A model generated the notes under the pieces. That model was given only the letters and a program-made list of their open reading frames with translations. It made no database searches and had not been told where the DNA came from. A DNA stretch of 64,000 nt, taken from assembly GCF_036588685.1 (NCBI RefSeq), contig NC_086381.1:62744001-62808000 (forward strand), in the 5' to 3' direction. Each line of letters opens with the position of its first letter. Position 1 is the stretch's first letter. Shown here piece by piece: positions 1 through 13,066 of this stretch. Source of the DNA: Mytilus trossulus. Its lineage: Eukaryota. A program made the translations under genes and the position numbers.

Positions 1-116
1 TTACCTTCAGCTCCGGGTAACTTCTTCGGATAACCAAGCAACCATTCGGTGTTTCATTGATTCGCCGTTGGCAAAACCATATATGCATGTGGAAATGAAA
101 CCAATAGACGTTACGT
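1..116 (+). CDS. Gene A (IgSF receptor, 5' part outside window): 3' end of Ig C2-domain exon
   Basis: Frame 2 reads YLQLRVTSSDNQATIRCFIDSPLAKPYMHVEMKPIDVT, followed by phase-1 donor GTAAGT at 117. Collinear with the end of gene B exon 3 (TLKIHVTDEDNQAIIRCSLNSTLAQPSVYTDTKPLEVQ|gtaagt). Confidence 0.85.
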
Positions 117-1078
117 GTAAGTATATATGATTTGAAATTAAAAGTAATAGAATGTATAAGAAAACGTTATAAAAAGGCATTTACTTGTCGGTTGAAGGCA
201 ATCAGATGTACACTATCATCACTTTTGACAAGGTTAGTTTTGAAACTGTTTTTTAAACCAAATTTAATCTTAACAGATGATAGATACATTTGCATTAGTA
301 ACCCCAAAAGTTACCTACGACTATATACACCCATGTATTAAATGAGTAACGGAAAGGACCGTTTAAACTTAATTTAAAGCCAGAACAGAAACACGGACCT
401 ATTTAGGGTAGTATTTTTTTGGGCGAATCATTATCTAAGTGTGGCATCGACCCAGTGGTTGTTTAATCTTACCAAAAACTATAGAATGTGTATAAAAAAA
501 GTAACTACAAATCTTGCTTCAATTTGATCACTTAAAACTAAAGCCAGTTGCAACAAAAAAATTATCCGACCTTCTTTATAGATAGTGAACTTCCAAATAT
601 TATGTAGTCATAGTTTAGCCTGTGTTAAGAGTATATACCTCCCATCATAAATCATGTAATAAGGTGTTGATGCGAACATAGAAACAAGTTAGTTAAATTT
701 TCAAGTGGTATAGGTGAACTAATACCTTCGGATAGTTTACGAGGCAATCACGAGAATCATAAGTTAATTAACTTTTAAAGAATATCTGTTAAACAGATGA
801 CGACATATGGCGTTGTCAGTTTGTTTAAGTTTCATAAGTTTGATTACATCTTTTATATCTTCTAACTTATTATAAAATATTAAGTTTGCCATGGCGTTTT
901 TAGTTTTCTGCCACTTACAGACTTATCAGATTGAATATCGTCTTAGTATTTCCCACCTCTCATTTAAAAATCTGTCTTAATATATATTAAATTAAATGAT
1001 TTGAATATACTGCTTAATGTCTTGTATATGAGTAATGATAATATTTACCAATCAATCTATCTCAATTTTATTTGACAG

Positions 1079-1168
1079 CTTTTAGTAAAGATATGACCAC
1101 GTATCCTACCACAAGCAGTTATTTTACGGGTTCCGAGGGAGCAACAGAATCACACAGTGGATACATTT
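1079..1168 (+). CDS. Gene A Ser/Thr-rich stalk exon
   Basis: Acceptor tttgacAG, 90 nt, phase 1-1: SFSKDMTTYPTTSSYFTGSEGATESHSGYI; donor GTAATG. Ends SGYI versus SGNI in gene B exon 4. Confidence 0.75.
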
Positions 1169-1380
1169 GTAATGTTTTACTATGTTTTGTTGCCAGTTTC
1201 TTCTGAGAATTTCAATTAAAAGAGTTGAGAAAGTAGAAACTACTACTACTAAATGTGTAATAAAATTAGAACACATTTTAATATGCATTTTTCTGCGTTT
1301 GGCTTAATCATGTAATCAATATTGTTATAGAATATCGACAGTTTGATTCAAATTTAAATCTTATATAAACTGATGTTTTA

Positions 1381-1987
1381 GGGCATACGATACAGTTTTG
1401 ATCCTGTATATACAAGTTCATGAAAATTTGCATGTAGGATATTTTTTACCTGATTAAATCAAATATGTAATAAAAAATATACCTTCATGTGCTACTTGAG
1501 GTCGAAATTTTGTATATTTGCTCGAAATTCAGATTTGTGGCCGTAATTTCTTTTTCGAAAGAAAGACATAACTTTTTTGTTATAAAAGATAAACACAAAT
1601 TGTTTTTTGTTAAATAATCGGTAATTTCTGTATTTTATAAATATCTCATAAACAAAATAATTTTTTATTCAGAAATAACTCATATTTATCAAATATTCAT
1701 GAATTGAGGAAAAAACGTCATTTTTTACTGCATGTTTATCAAATTTAAAAAAAATCCTCTATTTACAGTTTTATAAAATTTGGGTCACATAATCTCCCGG
1801 CAAAATGAAACAAAATGCCGTTTTGAAAAATAGCGGTCCATGAACTCGTTTTCAAATTAAATCAGTTTGAATGATAAAAATCAGTCGAAAAATGCATCTT
1901 TTCCCGATATGTCACCGTTTGACGTCGCGAAAATAACAAATTACGTTAGCAACGTCATTACCTTCCCTGTAACTGTATCGTATGCCC
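1381..1987. mobile_element. PIF/Harbinger-type MITE (607 bp)
   Basis: Perfect 17-bp TIRs GGGCATACGATACAGTT / AACTGTATCGTATGCCC with TTA on both flanks (3-bp TSD); no ORF. Confidence 0.8.
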
Positions 1988-2770
1988 TTAAACACTTAAA
2001 ATCTATTAATCTTGACAAAATAAATTTCTTACACATGATTCTAAATAAAACATAACAAGTGTTGCATATTTGTAACTTCTTTGCATATATTGCATTTGCC
2101 TAAAAAAGTACATAATTAGTTTCAAATTGCCGACAGTGAAAATATGGTGTCGTCAAAATCATTTAATCCCCCTCCTCCCAAAAAATCAATAACATAAAAT
2201 TGAAATGATGCTATGAAAATGGTTCCTTTCTGTTCTTTGTTCAAATATTTACAATTAGAAAAAGCTTTAGCATGTATAGAAAAACTTCAAATTTTATAGA
2301 TTGTATTTACATGTCCTTTCGATGCATTGCTTAATCAATCAACTTTTTAAAATAATTTCTTAACTAATAAATGGAAATTTTAGTAAGATTTGCTATAAAT
2401 CATGCCAGATCCGAGGTTCTGAATACTGAGATGATGATACACACGTGGACCGATAGTACACAGCAGCGGTATCAACCCAATGTGTTTTATTTATTCATGA
2501 TGAATTAATCATGCAGATGTCCTTATAGTATGCACACGTTAGTTCTACTAGTTTTGAATTTTCAAATATATTTTTAATTCAAGCATCATTAAACAGACGT
2601 TGGTTATCGAAATAATCATCTGCTGCACTTAAAGTGTTACCGTTGATGAGAATACACATTTGTTCACACACTATCTACTACAATTAGTGGTATGATGACT
2701 TTTTTGTATCTTTATCATAACAATATATCTTGTTTTGTTAATTCATACTTGTTATCTTATCTTTTTGCAG

Positions 2771-2852
2771 ATTTTGGTATTGTTATTGGTTTGTTGGCTT
2801 TGGTTTTATTGGTTGCATACGGAATTTATCTGTTTAAAAGAAAGCATAACGA
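2771..2852 (+). CDS. Gene A transmembrane exon
   Basis: Acceptor ctttttgcAG; YFGIVIGLLALVLLVAYGIYLFKRKHN (hydrophobic run plus basic stop-transfer); phase 1 to 2; donor GTTAGT. Same phases as the gene B TM exon. Confidence 0.8.
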
Positions 2853-4486
2853 GTTAGTACATTTAATTATATGTAGATACATGTATAAGCGACCTTAAGT
2901 TGAAGACAATCTAATTAAGCTTTGCTTATAAGTATTCGCCAAATCCTTTTTACTTTCTGTTCTGAAAACTATTACTTCAGCCTATGAAATTTCATTTTTC
3001 AATTGTTAAAGGTTTCAATTAAACCGTGACAAAACAAGATAAACTAAATAAATCTTAAGAACAGAAAGTAGAAGGAGTGTTTTCATGCAGATCCCTGCAG
3101 ACAAAGGTTTGAATCACAGGATTTGCATTTTTAATCAGATCGAGTGGACGAATACCTGAGTGAAGCCCAATAAATTGTAGAAAATAACCATATTTTCAGG
3201 TCTTACATTACTGTTAGTTTTCTTGAAGCTGTAATCTTTTCAGGAAATATTTTTTGGAAAACAAATAATACGATTCACTTTGTATTGTTTGATTTGCAAC
3301 ATATTTCTCTTCTTGAAATCAAACAATAAATAGAAATTAATTATAACTAATATCGAAAATAAAACCCAACAACAATTGTATTAACATTTAAATTCACTAA
3401 TTTGGTTTAAAGATATTGTCATATATAGTGACAAAATATGAAATGATGTTAAACAACTATTTTAATCTATTTTAAATGAATATATAATTCAATTTTGAAC
3501 TGTCCCTCAGAGAGAAATATAGTCATACAAGATGACACCAATCACCGTCATATTTTGCAAATGTAACTTTCAATTAGTACCTTGAATCACATGGTAATTT
3601 TAAATACTTAATTACATGTTGTTAAAAAATATATACAAAACCTCTCGCAGACAGTCTCTTCATCAGGAATCATTCATTCCATCTAGTATCAAACTATGTA
3701 ATTCGCTCGATTTAAGTATTAGAAATGAACTTTCTTTAAATATGTTTGAATTAAAAACAGAACATAAACCTAACGCAATGTGTTAATGTGGTTATTTATA
3801 CGAAAATGCTCAACATTATTTCCTCTCGTTTAAAAATTATACAGTTCAAAGGAATAACTTAATTATTGATTTTAGAAAAGAAAATATACTTATCGACTTT
3901 GAAAATTTAATGTTCGGCAATGTTATGTTTAATATGAACATAAACACGCTAATTTTTACCAAAGTGCAGAATTATATTAAACAGACCAATCGCTTTTGAT
4001 AGTTTATAAACATTATGATTAAATATTTATCAGTAATAATGTAAATACTTTTTGTAGACTTCGAATGAAATTTTTCATTTTTTCCAAAGAAATGGATCAT
4101 CAATTTGGTTTTATTATAAATTCCTACCATTTGACAACAACAATTTAATTTAATTGTTTAAACAAACAATTATAACTTTCCTTTTGAGTGAATATTTATT
4201 CCAAGATTAAAACAACCTATAAGTTGGTCTATCATAAATAATTTACGGTCAACTCGACTTTAAGGAATCGATGAACCATGTCGTTTGAATTCTTGTTAAT
4301 TTCATGTCTTCATAATAATATTGTTTATGATGTTATTATTATGTATTTTATTTTTTTCGGTTATTTATCATTTGTATTTTGAATGTAATGGAGAATACTT
4401 TTTTAGTTGCAAAACTTGTGTCTCATCCTAATGTCAATGTTTTTGGACAATAAAATATGTTTACGCTAAATGCTTTTTATTTTCAG

Positions 4487-4678
4487 AGAACCAACGAACA
4501 ACAATTTGTGCATCGTAGGCCCACCCACACAACAGACAGGTCACTGTGAAATCATTGCGATGACTAATGATATTGACAAAGAGACATCAAAAGGTGCTGC
4601 CGTAACTATTGACGACCCAAGATTGCCTACCAGTGAAAATCTGGCAAGATAAGAACATAAAGACAATCAAACTCCGAC
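4487..4678 (+). CDS. Gene A first cytoplasmic exon, in-frame TAA at 4650-4652
   Basis: Acceptor tttattttcAG; phase-2 join is in frame (EEPTNNNLCIVG...ENLAR*EHKDNQTPT). Ends at AC|GTATGTATT, the same donor context as gene B exon 6. Confidence 0.7.
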
Positions 4679-5214
4679 GTATGTATTTGAACTTGATGTT
4701 GTACTATGTATTACCCACTGTGCAAGGGCTGTTTAGCCAGTGAAGGTCGTTAAAAACTTCCATATATATATATATACTATGTGTTTTTGTTCAATGACAT
4801 ATTACAATAACAATGTGTTGTGCTCCTGGAAAAGTACAATAGTCAAAACAGTTTATTTGTAACGTACTTGTGACCTAATCTATTTGTAGATCAATCGAAA
4901 TTAAGTGGGACAAGGATTTTTTTTTAATTTAAGGTTGAGTCAAAATAGATGTCGGACGGATTGTTATTTGCCAGCTTACCATCGGCAATAATTATTTCAA
5001 TAATCAATCTACCAACCATATTTATATACAAAAGATTTTTACCTGATGATTTAAATCTGTGAATTATCCGTTGTTTTGAAATTTTATTTAAATAGATATT
5101 TGATATACCGACTACGTTAAGAATTCTTGAAATGTTAAATAGAGCACAACCAAGACAACGTTGAATACATTGTTCCATTTGGTAAATAGATCTTTAGAAA
5201 TTTGATCAACACTA

Positions 5215-5475
5215 TGGGTGCCACATGTGGAACAGGATCTGCTTTTTCTTCCGAAGCATCGTAGACCACCCAAGGTTTTAAGTGGTGTTCATGATGCTCA
5301 GTATTTAGTTTGCAATGTTGTGTTTTGTGTACCATTGTTTGTATGTTTGTATGTTTGTATGTCTGTATGTCTGTTTGTCTCTGTCTCTTTTAGCTATGGT
5401 GTTGTCACTTTATTCTAGACTCGATGTTTGAGTATGAATGTTCCACTAGCACTGGTATCTTTTTTCTCTTTTTTA
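5215..5475 (-). repeat. Dispersed short repeat family (related copies ~17710-17950, ~26920-27145, ~42940-43150)
   Basis: Shared motifs GAGGGACxAAAGATACC...AAACTGACAACGxCATGGCTAAA...GATCTCAGGTGCTCC.GAAGGGTAAGCAG across copies. Confidence 0.7.
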
Positions 5476-6055
5476 CCCCTGATCTTTACAATTTCGACAT
5501 TCCCATTCAACACAGAACCATTTCTGCCAAAAAATGTTTTCTGTCGAAATATTGAAATCAAACTGACTTAATTCATGAAGATGACTATGATGTTATAAAA
5601 TATTTAACCAAGCAGAATAGCAATTACAGCATAGCATACTGCATGTACTGACACAAGGGTAATTTGGAAAAAAAAACATAGATTTTATTGATTTTATGCC
5701 ACGATGCTACTATGTACGCTTCTGCTTGCGTTGATAATTTCCATGGGTTGAGGATAACCGTGATAATCGATTTCTTGGTTTTGTAAAGTATGCATACTGC
5801 AAATTTCTGTGTCATTTGATCTTTTGTGGGGAGTTGTCTCTTTGGCAATCATACTACAGCTTCTATTTTATATTTTCAATAGAAAAGCTGTAATTCGTTG
5901 ATAATAATTTTCCGGTATTAAACGTCCGTGCTTTTAAAACGTTGTTTAGTATCAGCATCCCTGAAAAAAAAATTAAATTGCATCAATATAAAATCTGAAA
6001 ACGTACTTTCCTGTCATGCATTTAAGTCTAATTATTAACATATTATACTAAATAG

Positions 6056-6420
6056 ATATAGGAAGATGTGGTGGGAGTGCCAATGAGACAACTCTCCATC
6101 AAAAGGTTAAAGTACGGCCTTCAACACGGAGCCTTGGCTCACACCGAACAACAAGCTATAAAGAGCCCCAAAATTACTAGTGTAAAACCATTCAAACGGG
6201 AAAACCAACGGTCTAATCTATATAAACAAAACGAGAAACGAGAAACACGTATATATTACATAAACAAACAACAACTACTGTACATCAGATTCTTGACTTA
6301 GGACAGGTGCATACATTTGCAGCGGGATTAAACGTTTTAATGGATCCAAACCTTCTCCCTTATTCTGAAACAATAGCATAATATCACAACATAGAAAAAC
6401 ACACGATAAAACATTTCTGA
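6056..6420 (+). repeat. Dispersed repeat (long copy; homolog at ~43620-44075 and many short copies)
   Basis: GGAAGATGTG..GCCAATGAGACAACTCTCCATC head, also seen at ~5790, 9130, 20310, 24203, 37270, 42065, 45570 and 58320. Confidence 0.8.
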
Positions 6421-6454
6421 ATAAATCGACGTTTTCATTGATTACATTTGGCAG

Positions 6455-6620
6455 CAATACATCTCCTGTAACTACCGTAAGTGTAAATGCCCAGTTGAAA
6501 AAAGGTAGAAAAACTCAGATTCCAAACGAAGACAACAAAGACCAGAGCGGAGAAATAACAAACACGAAAAATCACAGTATAGAACAGAACATGATGGCAG
6601 AGAAAGAATCTAGCTTGTAA
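6455..6620 (+). pseudogene. Gene A vestigial last cytoplasmic exon (downstream of the premature stop)
   Basis: Acceptor ggcAG, phase 2. NTSPVTTVSVNAQLKKGRKTQI... aligns with gene B last exon NSPFQH*EYAQVNETDKTQH. Confidence 0.6.
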
Positions 6621-6898
6621 GTCTGATTTAATTTTCGGGAAAATTGATTTTATAACACAGATATACATTGTACCAATGCAAAAATCCAAATATATTCTTC
6701 AATCAGCATTTTCTTTAGGCTTTTGTGACAAAAAAAACCCATAAACGTTACAGAAAAATGATGAAATAATAATTCGAATAGTCTAAACCGTCAAAAAGAA
6801 CATTAGACATAACTATTTATAAAACAATTTTCCTGCAACGGTCTGAGGGAAATTTACAACTGGTATAAGCTTTAAGTAGAATAACTTTTATAACGATA

Positions 6899-7090
6899 TA
6901 CTGTACATTCAGAAATTATTGCTGGCATTTATTTTTGTGATTTTGTCATTTTAGACTTTAATGCGATTTTAATTTTTACGATATATATATATTTAGAAAA
7001 AAATCCTGTTTAATTCATATAAAATATATCAATTTGTGCATTTTTTCAAAATAATAAAAAAAAACTCGCAATAATTTCTTAATTTCCATT
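6899..7090. mobile_element. Small TACTGT...ACAGTA-type MITE (degenerate right end; related copy ~30870-31075)
   Basis: TACTGTACATTCAGAAATTATTGC versus GCAATAATTTCTTAATTTCCA form imperfect TIRs. Confidence 0.5.
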
Positions 7091-10000
7091 ATTTATGCTA
7101 ATTTTAATCCTACTGTTTGTACTAGAGTAAACAAAAAATCGAGGTGAAGAACAAAAAACTACATACGGTATATAATGAAGAGTAAGCGACAAAGGGTTAT
7201 GTAATAAAGAAAGGCAACAGTAGTATACCGCTGTTCGAAATTCATAAATTAACTGAGAAAAAAACCAAATCCGTGTTACAAGCTAAAACTGAGGGAAACA
7301 CATCAGATATAAGAGAAGAACTACGACACAACAGAAACACAACATTAAATAGTTACACACATAGACTCGAACGAACTATAACATGTATAATAATAACAGT
7401 TGAAGGAAATCAAGTTAAATATTTAAATTTCTGTTTTAATGAAGAGATACTCGTGCAATTGAATGCAATAGGAATAATTCAAGTGCAACAATTCTTAAAA
7501 CATTCCAAGATTTTCTCATCAAATCAAAACTACTGGAATTTTAACCTTTACCGTTTTTCAATGTCTGAGTGTGAGTTTTCTTATTTATCTGACTTGAAAT
7601 AAAACAAATTGACTTTAATGATGACGTCACAATGTACAATTCAAAGTATGGCCAAACTCACATCAGAGCAAAATTAACTGAAACTGCATCAACTGTGAAA
7701 GAAGTGAGAACAAGATTTCCTTTTTACATGGAAAGTTTTAGAGCAAGGTGTTTAAGTGAACGTATCACCATTCTTTTGATGTTTGTCTTTTTGATTGGTG
7801 CCGAGCGTATTTGCTTAATTTTCGCAAAACAACTATCTATCGCGTTAAAATCCACAGAAATACATAATGGAAATTGGGAAAACATAATTTTATTTACTCT
7901 GAAAAGTCTATTAATTTTGTAGGTAACAGGAAAGTGAAGATATGCAGAACAATATTAAAAACCAAAGATTCATAAACAGGGCTTTTGAAGATTGAATGTG
8001 CTCATCCACAAAAAAGAATACTTGATGTCGCGTTTTGCATTTTAAAGCCCTTTTCAACTTCGCAATTTTTAAATTAAATGTGTGTAATTAAATTGGTAAA
8101 AATTAAGTGTTACTTTTTGAAATCGGAAAAGCCGCGAAAATAAATCGTCCGCAAAAATAGGGAGGTGTACAGTATTCAGTTCTCTGCTGGCTTCCAAATG
8201 ATGGTAAATGAACTAACATAGCTCAAATATTAGTTTTGATGCTTATTCCAAAACATTATTCTTAAGGGATCGAGTTAAACTTTTTATTTACCCCCGTCCC
8301 CCATATACTGTATTGGATCAAAGGTAAATATTTATACAAATGATTTTTTCATTATCAGAAGATTTGCCAGACATAGAGAATTATGATTTTAATAAGTGAT
8401 TTCAGTACTTTTTTTATTAAATATTTAAATTTGGTTAAACGTTGAGTAAAAAAATAGTCACGACCTTATTCAAATAAACATGTTATAGTATGTCTGCTTT
8501 TTAGTTCAACATGCGTTGCTATGAAGTCAATTTGAATTTGACGAGAAAACGAGATGACACACATCGGGAAATAAAAATGAATTGATTTATTTTAAAGTAA
8601 AATAACAATACGGGATTTATCAGTTTTCCCTTTTTTATCCTTCTTAACCCTTTATCATTTCAAAAATTCGATTGATGTTTATTTATATTTATATTTTTTA
8701 TTATTTAAATGTATTTGATTTGAAAAGTTGGTTTGTGAACATGTACATTTTTGAAAAGTGATGTTGTATATGCTTCGATGCACATTTTTATAACTTTGTA
8801 TAGTCTTATTTGATTTCTTTCTTTGTCAAGTTATCTAATTATTCAACATGCTATTATTATGTTTTAATTTTATTAATAATTTTCATGTTTATATGATTTG
8901 TTTTTACTATAAGTAAAATTGTCACAATTTACATTTTGTTTTTTCATTCCTTATACGTTGCACCTGACAATGCCAAAAAGGATTCTTGGTGCATTTAGAC
9001 AAATACATGTTGAGCCTCCGGTTGTTGTTTTGTAACATAAAATCATGCAAATCAAGAGTCTCGTGTCTAAAAAAGAAATATGTGTTTGATTCGATGAATA
9101 TAGATTGCTTTATGTCCAATTAAAATTAAAGGTTAATGTCGTCAAGTGGTCTTTTGTGGAAAGTTACCTTATTGGCAATCATACCACATCTTCTTTTTTT
9201 ATATAAAAAGAGAGACCATACATAATTTGGGTAACTGAAAAAAACTATAAGTCGAAGACAAACTCATGACCTCCCCCTCTCTTCCCCCTAAACAATACCC
9301 CAAAAGTAGATCAGCCACTATATCAAAATGTTAGAAGTGTGCAACCCATTAACCTTAAAACCCATGCTGAACCAAGGTCATCATACAGAGACAATAGGTC
9401 CATTCTACTAATATTTAGATAATTGGTACATTGACCCATTTCCCAATAGTTGAACTTTTGTATGCAAAACTTTTAAATATTTGTGTTATTAAAAATCAAC
9501 ATAATTGAAGAAAAAAAAAAAAAAAAATGTGATACGATCTAACAATATTGACATATAATAACTATTTACAATTCAGGATGTAAATATGTAAGTGTTTTCC
9601 GGGTTTAACACATAGCTAAAATTATTATATCATTTGACAGTATGGGTCGTCTAATTGCAACATCACTAAGGATGAAGGTTTTTATTCGATTAGCGCTCTG
9701 TACGACACATCTTAAATGAAGTTATGAAAAGCAGACAAATTCTATTTTAACCATCACGTTTCATTTGTTTTCTTATTAATCTATACATACATTAATCTAT
9801 ACATTCCCCATTTCCATTCTCAATTTTATTATAGATAGTTACAACGAAAATAAAACTTGAAATACTTATTATTGTATTTTGCTAATATTACGTGACTAAA
9901 TGGCATTCAACATGTACTTTCGTAAACGATTATCTCATTTGGCAATACATACATGTACCCTGAGCTCATTCAACATGAAATGTATTCAGTGAAATCTAAT

Positions 10001-11364
10001 ATTATACGGTAAATTATTTTTAGCAGAAATATCTATTTACACAATATGTTATATACATAGTACATATATATATATATATATCGGAAACTCATTCTTAATA
10101 GATAACATTTATATGATTACATTTCATGTCAAACTTCCTGTAATGCTGTCTTATGACATTTTTCCATTTTCTTTCAAGCACGTGTGTTTAATTGGAAAAT
10201 TCATGTCACGTTTCTATGAATACGTATTCCACAGATTCCTTAATCATGTTAAACTCATTATATCATGAAGTAAATGACTTTTTGTGTTTTAAATTTTAAA
10301 GACAGAGATATAAAATAGTAGAAAAGTGATATAAGCGTTACAAAAAAAATACGCAATTTCCATATACATGATAGAAATAGTCTTTAAAAGCGCACACTTT
10401 ATAAGGTAAAAGACATTCCTCTTATATCTATATGAGAAAAATACTTTTAAGTACCCATACTTTCAGGCTATAGTTATGAAATTAATCACTCAACTATAAT
10501 AGGGATATTTTTACTTTTATGAAATTATCTTAAATCAAGTATCATTTCTCCGTCGTTCAATAGCTCTGATTTATTATTGACGTTTGTATATATTGTTGAT
10601 CCTTCTTGTTTTAACTACTACGTCAATCGTTGTACGCTGACTTCGGATTTTAAAAATATTGTAGGCCTTGAATATCAATAAAACAGATAAATTATCTTAC
10701 TGGCACACTTTATAGTACAATCAGTTCCATTAAAGATGTTTATTTTTATTAAATTAGTGAGTTTCAAAATGGTGGTCTATAAATGGTGGGATATCTCGCT
10801 GCATTGAAGACCTGTTGATGACTTTCTGCTGTCGTTTGTCATCTGTTATATGGTCGGGTTGTTGTCTCTTTGACACATTCTCTATTTCCATTCTCAATTT
10901 TATAAAATTTGCATGTCACAATTAGACATGCATTCATGTGATCTTTGCATGTTTTTACGTAGAACATAATAATGGTCAAATAATTAAACATTAGAAAAGA
11001 TTAGCTCTTAATGTAAGTATAACTTATTTATATCATAACATTTACTTAATAATTTCAAATAATGAAATGCACGCTTAAACGTTCCTCAAAGAAGTTAGAT
11101 CAAGTAGCGTGCTTCTGACGAATTAGATGTATTGAATATTATTCAAATAAGAATATAAAAATGTCTGTTTTTCTAGGTATGCTTGGTGCGCTGGATTTCG
11201 ACGCTATATTGTTATATTTTTTGATATTCCCCAAACAAACCCTCCAAAACTCAACAAAATAATAACAAGATAAAAATGCTACTGATTTTCTTATATCATC
11301 TAGCACTTATCATAAAGGCGACGTATTTGAAAATCATAAGCCTGATACATATGATAACCATTTA

Positions 11365-11540
11365 CAACCACTGGGTCGATACCACTACTGGTGGATGCTT
11401 CGTCCCGAGGGTACCATCAACCCAGTTTTCAGCACTTCGGAGTTGGCATAACTATCAAGTATATGGTAATTTTTATTAATTAACTGTTTACCAAAGTATG
11501 AATTATTCAAAATACTAAGTATTTTCGTATTCTGGGCATC
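11365..11540 (+). repeat. Retrozyme-family body fragment without ribozyme
   Basis: CACTGGGTCGATACCACTACTGGTGGATGCTTCGTCCCGAGGGTACCATCAACCCAG matches the 5' part of the 40356-40708 monomer. Confidence 0.6.
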
Positions 11541-12169
11541 TATTCGCTTATGGACAGGCAGCATGTTGGGTTTCTGTCTAATAAACTGTTATCAAATATC
11601 TTGTTTTGTTCTGAAGGATTACAAAACATTTTTCAAGGTTTGATAGACAATAACATTTTCCCCATAGAAGTTTTGTTATGTCGAATTAACCATACATATA
11701 GACCATGTAGTGGCGTTATGACTCTTCATTTGATAACAGTTTCAAGTGACACAAATAAAAATAAAATCACTTATATTTTGCTTGAATCTTTAGGAATACA
11801 AAACTATGGTAACAAAAAAAATCCATTTTTACAGATATCACACAGATATATATACAAACTAATCCAAATATTAGTATAATGTATAAAGTACCCCAGTTAA
11901 CGACAATGAACAGTTAAGATATCATATCATTGATGAAATCAGATTCTGATTTTTTAAAAATTGTTTGTTCTTTTGAAAAAACATTTTAAGAAAAAACATA
12001 TACGCAGTAATCTAAAAATTAACTCGCCATGTTAAAATTAAAATACACGGAAAACCCAAATACATAAGAATACATCTTCAAAGCTATTTATAACGAGTGG
12101 TAAGTTACATGAGTAGTGGAAATCCGTACATATGATAAATTATGTTATCTATTTTTAATTGAAAAGATG

Positions 12170-12177
12170 TATAAATA
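12170..12177 (+). promoter_or_regulatory. Candidate TATA box of gene B
   Basis: TATAAATA about 60 nt upstream of the signal-peptide ATG. The AT-rich background makes this weak. Confidence 0.3.
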
Positions 12178-12228
12178 AAACGTAACATTCATATTTCACT
12201 ATAGTGTTACTTATCAAACCAAGGCAAC

Positions 12229-12292
12229 ATGACCATGCATCTGATCAATTGTTTTGCAACTGTGTGTCTTTTAATAATAAGCGAGATCCATG
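12229..12292 (+). CDS. Gene B (V-C2 IgSF type I receptor) exon 1, signal peptide
   Basis: MTMHLINCFATVCLLIISEIH plus phase-1 donor GTAAGA; joins in frame to DVYSITVR. Confidence 0.75.
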
Positions 12293-13066
12293 GTAAGAGT
12301 TCATTGTTTTTACTTTCTTTCTTATGTATAAGTTTCCTATCTTAGGAACACCCTTAATTGGCATGGGCAATGGAGAATATGTAATGATAAAGATATATAT
12401 AAATTACATTTTTTATTTTCATAGGATCAGTTTATTATGCGGAAAGGTGTTTTCTATTATGCATCTCAAACTTCTAAAGTCGGCACGTATTTTATCACCT
12501 TTTATATTGAAATGTATTGTTCAACCAAACTTTTTAAATATAACATATTCAATTAAGACTCTTCTTTAACACAACAGCATAGAATATTAACTGGTAACAT
12601 ACCGGGCTCAATCAACGGGTACTTCTGGTTGATATATCTACTTGGTTATCTGAAATATGTCTTGTCCTTTGTTTGTTTTTTTTGTGTGCTGTTTTTGGAA
12701 AAAGTGGTATTAACGGGGATTTCTGTCATTGCTTGCTTTACATGTATCTCCAAATTTAGTATCAGTGTGTAATTACAAGAATAGATCCAAGTGAAATTTT
12801 AACAAAGCTAGATTTAAATCCTATTGTTTGAAAGAAAATATATTTTGCTTGATTAAATATGATATGATTTTAAAACTTCTTTTTGAAAGTTCAATATAAC
12901 TGTAATGAACAGCAGTGACGAATCTTGCTTAAAAATTGATTTTTTTTTATCAGATTTGGTTATTTTCAAATTTTTATAACAAAATAAAAATATATACTAT
13001 AGCTTTTCAAAAATTTGATAATTTTTTTGTCAAAATTATTACATGATAAAAAATAAAAAAAGGACA

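Noticed and set aside
2455-2630. Additional hammerhead-like remnants (also ~9660, ~10670, ~44820)
   Set aside because: The flanks resemble retrozyme repeats, but the catalytic core is too degenerate to call.
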